Positions 30,162 through 38,536 of a stretch of DNA of 51,156 bases are shown in pieces. The notes under the pieces were generated by a model. The model was not told where the DNA came from. It ran no database searches and saw only the letters and a program-made list of their open reading frames with translations. The translations under genes and the position numbers were made by a program. This DNA is from Deltaproteobacteria bacterium. Lineage in GTDB: Bacteria; Myxococcota; JACRCW01. The DNA is taken from the NCBI GenBank assembly GCA_016218805.1, contig JACRCW010000127.1, positions 1-51,156 of the forward strand, written 5' to 3'. Numbering within the stretch: the stretch's first letter is position 1; the number at the start of each line of letters is the position of its first letter.

Positions 30162-30396
30162 CGGCGCGGCAAGCCCGGGGCGCCACGCGACCGCCGTTGC
30201 CAGTGGTCCACGACGACCGCGGGTGCCTGTAGAAGTGCCCCCCCGTACGGTGCGTCCCTGCGCGCTTGGGGAACGGGCGCTCAAGAGCGGGTCACGGAGC
30301 TGGTGATGCCCGGCGGGGCCGGGCTCGCTTGGCCACCATGAGTGGAGCCTGCACGGCGAGAACAAGCCGCGCCCAAACGGCCGTCTCCGCGGAGGG

Positions 30397-30618
30397 TCAG
30401 GGGACCGCATCCCATTCCTTCCGGCTCACGCCAGCCTGCTTCAACACGATCCCCAACAGGCCCAGGCCGATATCGCCCGCGTGGGGATTGGGCACCGTCA
30501 ACACCCGATCCCCGCGGACCATGAACTGGTGGCGTCCGCCGCTGAACGGCCCATCAAACCCGAGCGCGCGCAGGACGCGGACAAGTTCTCGCCGGCTGAC
30601 GGGTCCCCACCGTGGCAT
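30397..30618 (-). CDS. hicA: HicA-family toxin
   Basis: ELVRVLRALGF....GGRHQFM....TVPNPH..DI..GLL..VLKQAG; TGATG coupling to hicB. Confidence 0.92.
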   Translation of the reverse strand: MPRWGPVSRRELVRVLRALGFDGPFSGGRHQFMVRGDRVLTVPNPHAGDIGLGLLGIVLKQAGVSRKEWDAVP

Positions 30619-30854
30619 CAACCGGCCTTCTTCACGACGACCGTGCGTCGACCCAGGCGCGGCACCGGCAGCCCGCGCGCCACCCGCACCAGCACCCAGC
30701 CCTCCACAACCTCCGCAAGCTGGTCACGGCACGCCTCCAGCGTCACGCCCGTGGAAATGACGCCCGGCAGCGCGGCGACCGTTCCGCAGTACTCCCCGTC
30801 CGCAAGCTGGTAGTGCGCACGGCGCAGCGCCTCGGTGACGTAGTCAATGATCAT
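30618..30854 (-). CDS. hicB: HicB-family antitoxin (short form)
   Basis: YCGTVAALPGVISTGVTLEACRDQLAEVVEGW...G.PVP; GGAGG RBS. Confidence 0.9.
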   Translation of the reverse strand: MIIDYVTEALRRAHYQLADGEYCGTVAALPGVISTGVTLEACRDQLAEVVEGWVLVRVARGLPVPRLGRRTVVVKKAG

Positions 30855-31211
30855 CGGTGTCCTCCGCCATTCTCTCCAGGACTGCTCATTGATGCCCTCG
30901 CCTCGGGCGAGCGCCTTCCCGGCCGCCTTCTGATGAAGGTCCGCTCCAACACAGTCCTCGCATCTGCTCCCTCACCTTCCGTTGCATGGGATACCCCAAC
31001 GGATTTCGGACGGCTACGCGCGCTTCACCAGCCCGCACCCAAGACCCTTGTCCGTGCCGAGGCCCTGCACCCGCATCCAGATTGCTCCCACCGTCGCGCT
31101 GGCGCGCGCGCAACGGATTCCCGCGAAGTTACCACCGCCGCGCCCGACCGCATTGCGGCGCCACACTGCTTCCACCACACTCGTCCGCCACTGTTGCCCC
31201 GGAGGTCACGC

Positions 31212-34200
31212 ATGCTGATCAGACGGCGGTGCCTGCTGCTGGTGGTTGCCGGTGGATTGGCGGGTTGCCCCACCCCGCGCACGGATTCCCGCGGGAGCAT
31301 CAGCGGCCGGGTGACGCTGGTGGATCGCGACGGGCTCAACGACCTCTCGCGCGTGCGGGTGGACCTGGGCCGCGGCGAAGGCGGTGTGGTACCGGCGGAA
31401 GACGGGTCATTTGAGGTCTCCGACCTGGAACCGGACACGTACGCAGTCACGGTGACCTATGCGGGCGGGCTGACGCCGACGGCCACGCGGTCCGCCTACA
31501 AGCGGTTGGAGACGCGCGCGGTGGTGCGCGCGGGAAGTTCGGTGCACCTGGAGTTGTCCCCGCAGCGTGCGCTCGGCGCTGTGGAGGGTGACGTGGTGGG
31601 TGTGGGGCCGGGTGCCGAGGCGCGGGTGGAACTGCAACTGGACGACGGGCGGACGCTGTCCACGCTGACCACGGCCGGTCATTTCCGGGTGGACGGCGTC
31701 CCGGTGGGGACGCACCAGGCGCGGGCCTCCGCGCCGGGATTCGCGGTGCGGGCCGGTTCCACCGCGTGCGCGCCCGAGGTCACAGTCAACGAGGAAGATG
31801 CCGTGGCCCCCGTGGCGGATCTGGGGCTGGCGGCCACGCGTGCGGCGTTTGCGCCGGGGCTGGGAGAGGTGGTGCGCCAGGACCCGGTCCACTGGTTCCT
31901 GGCGGGCGCCACCGTGACGGTGCACGTGGACGCGGCCTACGCGCGGCAGGCGCGTCACTGGGTGGGTGTCCCGGACGGCGGGCCACCCGCGCCGGAGGCG
32001 TTTGCGGCCAACGGGTTCGCACTGACCGTTCCGGCGGATGCCTCCCAGGAGCACTTCTTCCAGTTCACGGATGGCTGCGGCTACGAGTCCACCGTCTATT
32101 CGCTCACCCTCACGCATGACGCCACGCCGCCCCAACTCAACCTGGTGCAACTCAACGAAGGCGCCGCGTGGACCACCGAGCCCCAAACGCGGCTGCTGGT
32201 GCTGGCCCAGGACCTGCTCTCCCCCGACCTGTCCATGCGCTACGCGTTGTGTGACGTGGATGCGGCGGACAACGAGACGTGCGACCAGGACGTCAACACC
32301 GCGCCCTGGGGGGCCTACCGGATGGGCATCAGCACCGCGTTCCTGCCGGCGGATGGAACCAAGCGCGTGCGCGTGCAGGTGCGCGATGGGTCATGGCACG
32401 TGACGCCGGCGCCGCCCCAGAGCGAAGCGGCGACGATCACGCTGGACTCCCTGCCACCGGAGAACGTGGTCATCACCGTGGGAAACGGCAGCGGCGTGAT
32501 CCACGCGCCACGGGTTGCGGTCACCATCCAAGCGGACGGCGCGGACCGGATGCGCCTGGGTGACGCCAGCGCGCTGACGGGGGTGCCATGGGTCCCCTAC
32601 CAGCCGCAGACCGAGTTCGCCTTCAGCGACGGTGAAGGGACCAAGGACCTGTACGTGCAGCTGGCGGACGCGGCAGGGAACCCCACGGCCATTCTCCCCA
32701 CGAGCGTGACGCTGGTGACCCGCGGGAGCGTGACCGGGCGCGTGGTGCTGGAGGGAACGGGCAACGTGGTGGAGGTGAGCGTCGCGCTCGTCGGCGGGAC
32801 GGCGCAGGCTACGCCGGCGGCGGATGGCTCGTTCGCGTTGTCCGGGGTGCCCTTTGGGCTGGCCCAGGTGTCGTTCAGCATGACGGGGGCGGCGGCGGCC
32901 CGTTACGCATCCGTGGAGCGCGTGGCCAGCGTGGGTCCGGGCGCGGCCACGGCGCTGGGCAACGTCACCCTGCCCCTGGGCCGCGGAACGCTGGTGGGGC
33001 GCGCGCTGCTGGTGGGTGAATCCGTGCATTCGTGGATTGGCGTGAGCGCCGCAGACGTCAACAACGCGGCCAACACGCACGGCACCCTCACCAGTGACAC
33101 GGGAAGTTACACGCTGGCGTTGCTCCCGGTGGGGACCTACCAGCTCTACGCGGAGAAGGCCGGGTGGGGACGCGCCAACCTGGGGACCCAGTCGGTCACC
33201 GCCGGAGCGATCACCACCGTCCCCGATGCCACGCTGGTAGCCAGCGGCGGCGGCGATTTCATCATCAACGACCGGGAGGGTTTCACCAACAACCCCACCC
33301 TGCGGTTGAAGCTGAGCCACGCCTCGGCGGTGGAGTTCCTGGCCAGCGAGGACCCGACGTTCGCGGGTGCCTCGCCGCGGTCATTCCAGAACAACGTGGA
33401 CGTCACGCATCCGCTGGCGGACACCACCGAGGGCACCCGGGTCATCTACGTCCGGTATGTCACCGTTCCACCGAACACGAACACCGCCACCGCCAGCATT
33501 GTCTTTGACCAGACGCCCCCGGACCCGTTGCAGGCGGGCGTCACGCTGGACCTGGGTGCAGCCTTCTCCCGCAGCCTCACCGGGAAGGTGCGCGTGGACG
33601 TTTCCGGCGCGGACGCGCTCTCCGGCCTGGCGCGCGCACTGATTTCGTTCACGGGCACGCCCACCGGTGCGCTCAATGTGCCGTTCACGCGGACCTACAA
33701 CGACGTGGACGTCCCCAGCCCCGGGACCGACGGGGAGCGCACGGTTTCCGTGTGGCTGGTGGACCGTGCGGGCAACACGTCGCTGCAGGCGGTGACGGAC
33801 GCCATCTACCTGGACCGGCGGCCCCCGGCGCAGACGCAACTGCAGATCTCCGCCACCGGGTTCAGCCAGTCCTCGGCGGTGACGCTCACCCTGGGCGCGC
33901 AAGACGTGTGCGACACCGGCTACCCGGGCTGCGGGTCCTCGCTGTTGGTGGACGCGGTCCAGGTGCTGGTGGCCAATCGTGATGATTTCGTCGGCTCGGA
34001 ATGGCGGCCATTCGGCCCCGAACTGGCGTGGTTCCTGGCTCCGGGAGAAGGCCTGCGCACCGTGTACGTCAAGTACCGTGACGCGGCCGGCAACGAATCC
34101 GTCCGCTACTCGGCGTCCGTGACCGTGGACTCGGTGCCGCCTTCGCGCGCTGTGCTGTTGCTGCAGGAGGGCGCGCCGGTCACCAACACGCAGAACGTGC

Positions 34201-37200
34201 CCGTGACGCTGACGGCGGATGGCGCCACCACCTACCGCCTCACCCTGGCGGGCCAGACGCCGGGCGCCTTCCTGCCGCTGCCGGCACCGGCCACCTTCCT
34301 GCTCGCGGACACGGAGGGCCCGCAGTCCGTCGTGGCGGACCTCGCGGATGACGCCGGGCACACCGTTTCCACCTCGGCGAGCATTGAGCTGGACCGCACG
34401 CCTCCCGCTGCGGTGGTCATCCGCAGCGTGGGCGCGCGCACCTCGTCGGCCTTTGTGGACTGGAGTGACAGCACGGATCCGGCCCCCGGCGGAGGCACGC
34501 GCGCGGTGACGCACTACCGGCTGGAGGCCCTGCAGGGCGCCACGGTGAAGGCGTCCGCGGAGTTCTCCCTGAGCGACGGGTGGCTGGAGAGCCTGCCGCC
34601 GTACACCAACCTCACCTTCCGCGTGACCGCGCTGGATGCGGCCGGCAACCCCTCGGCGGTTTCACCGGCCATCAGCGCCATGGTGGGCCTCCAGAGCGAA
34701 CCGCTGCCCGACCTGACACTGCTGGAAGTGCCACTGGTTTCCTACCGCGGGTTCGTGATTGCCAACCTATCGCATGGCAGCAACAAGGGGCCCACGTCGT
34801 TTGACGTCTGTGACGCGCGCGCCGGGCGTTGCGAGGGCCCGCTGCAGCACACCCAGCGTGACCTGCAGACCCTGGACGGCATCCCGGCCACGAGCAATGC
34901 CCGCGCGATCTCCAACCTCGTGGTGAGTCCACAGGGGCTGTTCGTGTTCCAGGCGTGGCAGGATGCGGCGTCCGCGTACTCGCTGCACGCGCTGCGCTTT
35001 GACGCCACCCGGAGCAACCTGGCCGCCGTGCCTGACCTGCCGTCGTGGACCTACCGGGCCCTCGGGCCGGCCAACGCCGTCAGCCGGCACCTGACGGCGT
35101 CCGCCAACCGGCAGCTTGTGGGCGTGGCGTATCACGAGGACAGCACCACCTTCACCCTCCACACCTGCGCGCTGGCGCGGGATTGCGCCGCGGCCATCGA
35201 GTGGACGGGGCCGGTGCGGCTGGTCAACGCGGACCCGGCGTGGCGGTGGACGGGCCTGCTGGATCCCCCGGCATTGGAGTTCGGCCAGAATCACCTGTTT
35301 GCCGCCTACCGGTCCAACAATGGGACGCAACCGGGGGTGGCGGTGCTTTCCTGCGCCATGGCGGAGGGATGTCGAACGTCGTCCACGCCGTGGGTGGGCG
35401 CGTTCCTCCCGGTGGAGGGCCCGGTGATGGTCCGCCTGCTGGAGACCCCCGGTCATTTGTACGTATTCGCCGCGCGGGAAATCGGTGGCATTACCGACCC
35501 GGACGCGCTCAGCATGTGGCGGTGTGATTTCACCGGCAGCGCCACGCGGGACCGCCAGTGTGACACCGCCGCCAAGTTCACCGGGCCGGTGGACCTGGTG
35601 ACGCCCAGCAGCATGTCCAGCCGCCTGCCCGGCGTGGCGTGGTGGGCGGGGGTGCTGCACCTGGCCGTGCGGGATTGGATCAAGGGGGATGTCTACTACG
35701 CGCGCTGCAACGAACAGGCGGCCGACTGCATGGATCCCCTCTCCTGGGCGATGGACAGCGTACCGGTGGAAAGCGTGGGAAACGTGAACGGCGGCGGTGC
35801 ACCGCTGGCCCTGGTGGGTGGCAACCCCATCATCCTGGCCAGCCGCACGGCGGCGGATTCCACCATCCTGCAGAGCGCCACGCCGGCGCCCCTGCAACGC
35901 GCCCTGTTGCCGGACGTTGTCAACGGCGGCCTGGTGGCGCGGTGGACCTCCGCGGCGGCGGGCAGCGTGGATGGCTACAGCATTGCGTACAGCACCGTGG
36001 GACCGCTGGCTCCCTTTGACCAGTCCCTGGCGGTGGCCGGCGGTGCCGTGGAAACGGCGCAGGTCTCCAACGTCAACGGCGTGCCTCATTCCGGCACGCT
36101 GGTGGCTGCCGCCGGCCTGGACCGCTCGGTGGCCTTCCCCACCTTCACGGTCAAGGGCGCAGGCAGCGTCGTCCTCAATACGCTTTCGCGGGGTGCGTAC
36201 GAATACTCCGCGAACAGCAACTGCCACGTGGTGGCCTACGCGGGGCCGGGTGACACGGTGCACGCCTCCGCCTGCGCCAAGTCCAGCGGTTGCAACCAGG
36301 CGTCCAACTGGAACGACGTGGAGATTGAACCCGTCCGCAGCGCCGGCAACGCCAACGTCAACAGTGTGACCGCCGCCGCCAACGCCACGCACCTCTATGT
36401 CGCGTGGGCCCATGAAGGTCCCGGCGAAGTGAAGGTGGAACGCCGCACGCTCAGTTCGGGATGCGCGCTGGGCACCACGGGAACCGCCGTGACCGTCTAC
36501 CTGGCTCCACCCAGCCCCTCGCGCCAACCCGAATACCTCTCCATTGCGGCCACGTCCTCCCGCGTCTTCCTGGCCTTTGACGCGCATTGGCAGAGTTTCA
36601 CGACCAGCGGCTCCACCGACATGCAGTACCGCGTCTGCGCCACCAGCACCCTGTGTGACGCCGCTGCCGATTTCACCACGCTCACCTGGCCCCACGGGTA
36701 CGGCGGCGGTTCTTTGGCACTCACGTCCACGGCGCTGTATTGGGCCATGCTCCTGGGCGACAACACGACCGCGCAAACGGGCATTCAAGTGTGGCGGTGT
36801 GCGCTCTCCAGCGGATGCGACGCGACCACGGATTGGACCGCCGGGGCCTGGATGTACCCGCCAGCCGCGGGCCTCAGCGGCCAGATCGTCGGGCGCATGC
36901 GGCTGCAGGTGGATTCCGCAGGCGCGCTTGCCTTCACGTGGCTCCGGCGCCAGGCCGCGCTGTGTTCCGAACCCGCGGCCGGCACCCTGTGCCTGGGCGC
37001 GGAAGACTGGAAGCAGGTCTGGTTCAATGGGTCCGTCGCGTTCGAGGACACCAGCACGCCCAGCGCCGCGGTCCTGGGTACCGCCAACGGGGACCTGGTC
37101 ATGGTGGCGGGCGGCAACGGCCGCATTGACCTGGGGCGCTGTGGCGGCCGGTGCTGGGAGCCCGACAACTGGCTGGGGGGCAGCGCCACCATCAGTCAGT

Positions 37201-37322
37201 ACACCAACCTCAAGGCGGGGGCCGGCGTTGTGGCCGCCAACGGTGAGGTCACACTGGTGTACGAGCACCTGAACGACCTCCGGTTTGTTACCGGGTTGAG
37301 CCTGGACTACCTGGTGCCATGA
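31212..37322 (+). CDS. Giant surface lipoprotein (2036 aa): carboxypeptidase-regulatory-like, Ig-like, FN3 and Cys-stapled beta-propeller-like regions
   Basis: GGAGG + MLIRRRCLLLVVAGGLAGC; GSISGRV/GSVTGRV modules; repeated G.KTVYVxxxDAAGN...D..PP; FN3 YTNLTFRVTALDAAGN; C-x4-11-C-x5-W repeats. Confidence 0.88.
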   Translation: MLIRRRCLLLVVAGGLAGCPTPRTDSRGSISGRVTLVDRDGLNDLSRVRVDLGRGEGGVVPAEDGSFEVSDLEPDTYAVTVTYAGGLTPTATRSAYKRLETRAVVRAGSSVHLELSPQRALGAVEGDVVGVGPGAEARVELQLDDGRTLSTLTTAGHFRVDGVPVGTHQARASAPGFAVRAGSTACAPEVTVNEEDAVAPVADLGLAATRAAFAPGLGEVVRQDPVHWFLAGATVTVHVDAAYARQARHWVGVPDGGPPAPEAFAANGFALTVPADASQEHFFQFTDGCGYESTVYSLTLTHDATPPQLNLVQLNEGAAWTTEPQTRLLVLAQDLLSPDLSMRYALCDVDAADNETCDQDVNTAPWGAYRMGISTAFLPADGTKRVRVQVRDGSWHVTPAPPQSEAATITLDSLPPENVVITVGNGSGVIHAPRVAVTIQADGADRMRLGDASALTGVPWVPYQPQTEFAFSDGEGTKDLYVQLADAAGNPTAILPTSVTLVTRGSVTGRVVLEGTGNVVEVSVALVGGTAQATPAADGSFALSGVPFGLAQVSFSMTGAAAARYASVERVASVGPGAATALGNVTLPLGRGTLVGRALLVGESVHSWIGVSAADVNNAANTHGTLTSDTGSYTLALLPVGTYQLYAEKAGWGRANLGTQSVTAGAITTVPDATLVASGGGDFIINDREGFTNNPTLRLKLSHASAVEFLASEDPTFAGASPRSFQNNVDVTHPLADTTEGTRVIYVRYVTVPPNTNTATASIVFDQTPPDPLQAGVTLDLGAAFSRSLTGKVRVDVSGADALSGLARALISFTGTPTGALNVPFTRTYNDVDVPSPGTDGERTVSVWLVDRAGNTSLQAVTDAIYLDRRPPAQTQLQISATGFSQSSAVTLTLGAQDVCDTGYPGCGSSLLVDAVQVLVANRDDFVGSEWRPFGPELAWFLAPGEGLRTVYVKYRDAAGNESVRYSASVTVDSVPPSRAVLLLQEGAPVTNTQNVPVTLTADGATTYRLTLAGQTPGAFLPLPAPATFLLADTEGPQSVVADLADDAGHTVSTSASIELDRTPPAAVVIRSVGARTSSAFVDWSDSTDPAPGGGTRAVTHYRLEALQGATVKASAEFSLSDGWLESLPPYTNLTFRVTALDAAGNPSAVSPAISAMVGLQSEPLPDLTLLEVPLVSYRGFVIANLSHGSNKGPTSFDVCDARAGRCEGPLQHTQRDLQTLDGIPATSNARAISNLVVSPQGLFVFQAWQDAASAYSLHALRFDATRSNLAAVPDLPSWTYRALGPANAVSRHLTASANRQLVGVAYHEDSTTFTLHTCALARDCAAAIEWTGPVRLVNADPAWRWTGLLDPPALEFGQNHLFAAYRSNNGTQPGVAVLSCAMAEGCRTSSTPWVGAFLPVEGPVMVRLLETPGHLYVFAAREIGGITDPDALSMWRCDFTGSATRDRQCDTAAKFTGPVDLVTPSSMSSRLPGVAWWAGVLHLAVRDWIKGDVYYARCNEQAADCMDPLSWAMDSVPVESVGNVNGGGAPLALVGGNPIILASRTAADSTILQSATPAPLQRALLPDVVNGGLVARWTSAAAGSVDGYSIAYSTVGPLAPFDQSLAVAGGAVETAQVSNVNGVPHSGTLVAAAGLDRSVAFPTFTVKGAGSVVLNTLSRGAYEYSANSNCHVVAYAGPGDTVHASACAKSSGCNQASNWNDVEIEPVRSAGNANVNSVTAAANATHLYVAWAHEGPGEVKVERRTLSSGCALGTTGTAVTVYLAPPSPSRQPEYLSIAATSSRVFLAFDAHWQSFTTSGSTDMQYRVCATSTLCDAAADFTTLTWPHGYGGGSLALTSTALYWAMLLGDNTTAQTGIQVWRCALSSGCDATTDWTAGAWMYPPAAGLSGQIVGRMRLQVDSAGALAFTWLRRQAALCSEPAAGTLCLGAEDWKQVWFNGSVAFEDTSTPSAAVLGTANGDLVMVAGGNGRIDLGRCGGRCWEPDNWLGGSATISQYTNLKAGAGVVAANGEVTLVYEHLNDLRFVTGLSLDYLVP

Positions 37323-37410
37323 GCGATGGCTGTGCCAGCGTGATGGGCAGGCGCGGGGGAATGCCCGGCTATGTGTGGTCATGGAACGTGCGGGGGAGGC
37401 CGGAGGCCAC

Positions 37411-37612
37411 ATGACCCAAGCTCAGGACTGCCCGAACATCCAGCACTGTCCGCTGTTCCCGCGCTTCCAGCTGGGCGGCGCGCTTGCCGTGTGGCAGACC
37501 AATTAACGCCACGGCGACTTCCGGGCGCTGTGAGCGCTTCAGGATGGCGCAGCGCGGGGAGCGGCCGTCACCGGACATGCTCCCCAACGGGAAGATGCTG
37601 CCGCCACACTGA
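37411..37612 (+). pseudogene. Small Cys-rich protein pseudogene (in-frame TAA and a +1 frameshift)
   Basis: GGAGG + MTQAQDCPNIQHCPLFPRFQLGGALAVWQTN*RHGDF, then after a 1-nt shift GRCERFRMAQRGERPSPDMLPNGKMLPPH*. Confidence 0.65.
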
Positions 37613-37623
37613 ATGATTGGGTG

Positions 37624-37670
37624 TCAGCGCACCGGTTCCGCCCCGGTGGCCACGTCCTGGTAGCGCTTGA
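37624..37670. repeat. Exact 47-bp copy of the 3' end of gene 38537-39481
   Basis: TCAGCGCACCGGTTCCGCCCCGGTGGCCACGTCCTGGTAGCGCTTGA is identical to 38537-38583. Confidence 0.97.
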
Positions 37671-37731
37671 TTGCACGCCCGCCGCGAAAGACAACAGGCG
37701 CCAGTACGAGGGCAAAAGCGGGCGCAAAGAG

Positions 37732-38082
37732 TCAGCCTTTGGCGTGCTGATGCCGTGGAGGTCGCCCACCAATCCAGGCAAGGACCGCGGCGCGGAGCGC
37801 GGCATGCAGCGTCATGCCGTCAGCCTTGGCGCGTTCTTCAAGGCGCTCCCACACAGAGGCCGGGAAGCGGATTGATCGCGGGATGGTGGGCCCGGTCTCA
37901 TGGCCCTTCTTGGGGCGGCCTGTGGTCACGTTGATGGTGTAGCCCTCCTCGGCGATGCGGGCAGCGTAGGGGTTGGGAACCCGCTGGTATTTGCTGAAAT
38001 CAATCTCGGGGATCTCCTCAAGGGACTTCTTGGATGGGCCACCGCGGTCCTTGATGGTCCTCCGCTTAGGTGTCTTCTTCAT
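37732..38082 (-). CDS. BrnA-like antitoxin with a C-terminal RHH
   Basis: EIDFSK...NPYA, GRPK, RSIRFPASVWERLEERA...LHAALR; overlaps the brnT end. Confidence 0.8.
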   Translation of the reverse strand: MKKTPKRRTIKDRGGPSKKSLEEIPEIDFSKYQRVPNPYAARIAEEGYTINVTTGRPKKGHETGPTIPRSIRFPASVWERLEERAKADGMTLHAALRAAVLAWIGGRPPRHQHAKG

Positions 38083-38335
38083 AGCGTCTCCTCTCGTGGG
38101 GCGTGGCCCTGCGTGCGCTGATGATGCGAGTGGCATCCTCCGCAACCTCGACGTGGACAACAACCAGAAGCCGCTGCTGTTCCGAAATGCCCACCAGCAA
38201 CATCCGCTCCGGATGCAGGAGGTCTCGCCAGAAGGCCCCCAGAGGGTCCTCGAATGCCGTGACCGCCTCCTCGAAGGAGACACCATGCTTTTCGCGGTTG
38301 GCCAAGGCTTTGCGGCTGTCCCATGTGAATCTCAC
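38066..38335 (-). CDS. brnT: BrnT-family ribonuclease toxin
   Basis: RFTWDSRKALANREKHGVSFEEA...ER...G...LLVVVH...RIISARRAT..ER..Y; start is GTG 38335 or ATG 38341. Confidence 0.93.
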   Translation of the reverse strand: MRFTWDSRKALANREKHGVSFEEAVTAFEDPLGAFWRDLLHPERMLLVGISEQQRLLVVVHVEVAEDATRIISARRATPHERRRYEEDT

Positions 38336-38342
38336 CGGCATA

Positions 38343-38352
38343 AGTGTAACAC
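38343..38352 (-). promoter_or_regulatory. Extended -10 element overlapped by a palindromic operator candidate
   Basis: Minus strand TGTTACACT lies 7 nt before the brnT GTG; palindrome GTGTAACAC at 38344-38352. Confidence 0.5.
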
Positions 38353-38536
38353 CCTTTTACCGCGTGGCCACCAGGACCGCTCCGCAGCGGAAAGCCCGCT
38401 CCCTGTGAGATCCTCGGCGACAGTCAGCCGAGCCCCGCGGCGCCGCCAAGGAATCCATTCCCTAGGCAACATCCGCTGCCGTTCATCCGCGAGGCGAGCA
38501 ACGGCGACCGGCACGCGCACGGTGGTTGACGCCGAC

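Noticed and set aside
30612..31211. 200-aa N-terminal extension of the 2236-aa ORF
   Set aside because: It overlaps hicBA on the opposite strand; the RBS and lipoprotein signal point to ATG 31212.
37504..37506. Recoded stop (Sec/Pyl) in the small Cys gene
   Set aside because: The codon is TAA and a frameshift follows, which favours decay.
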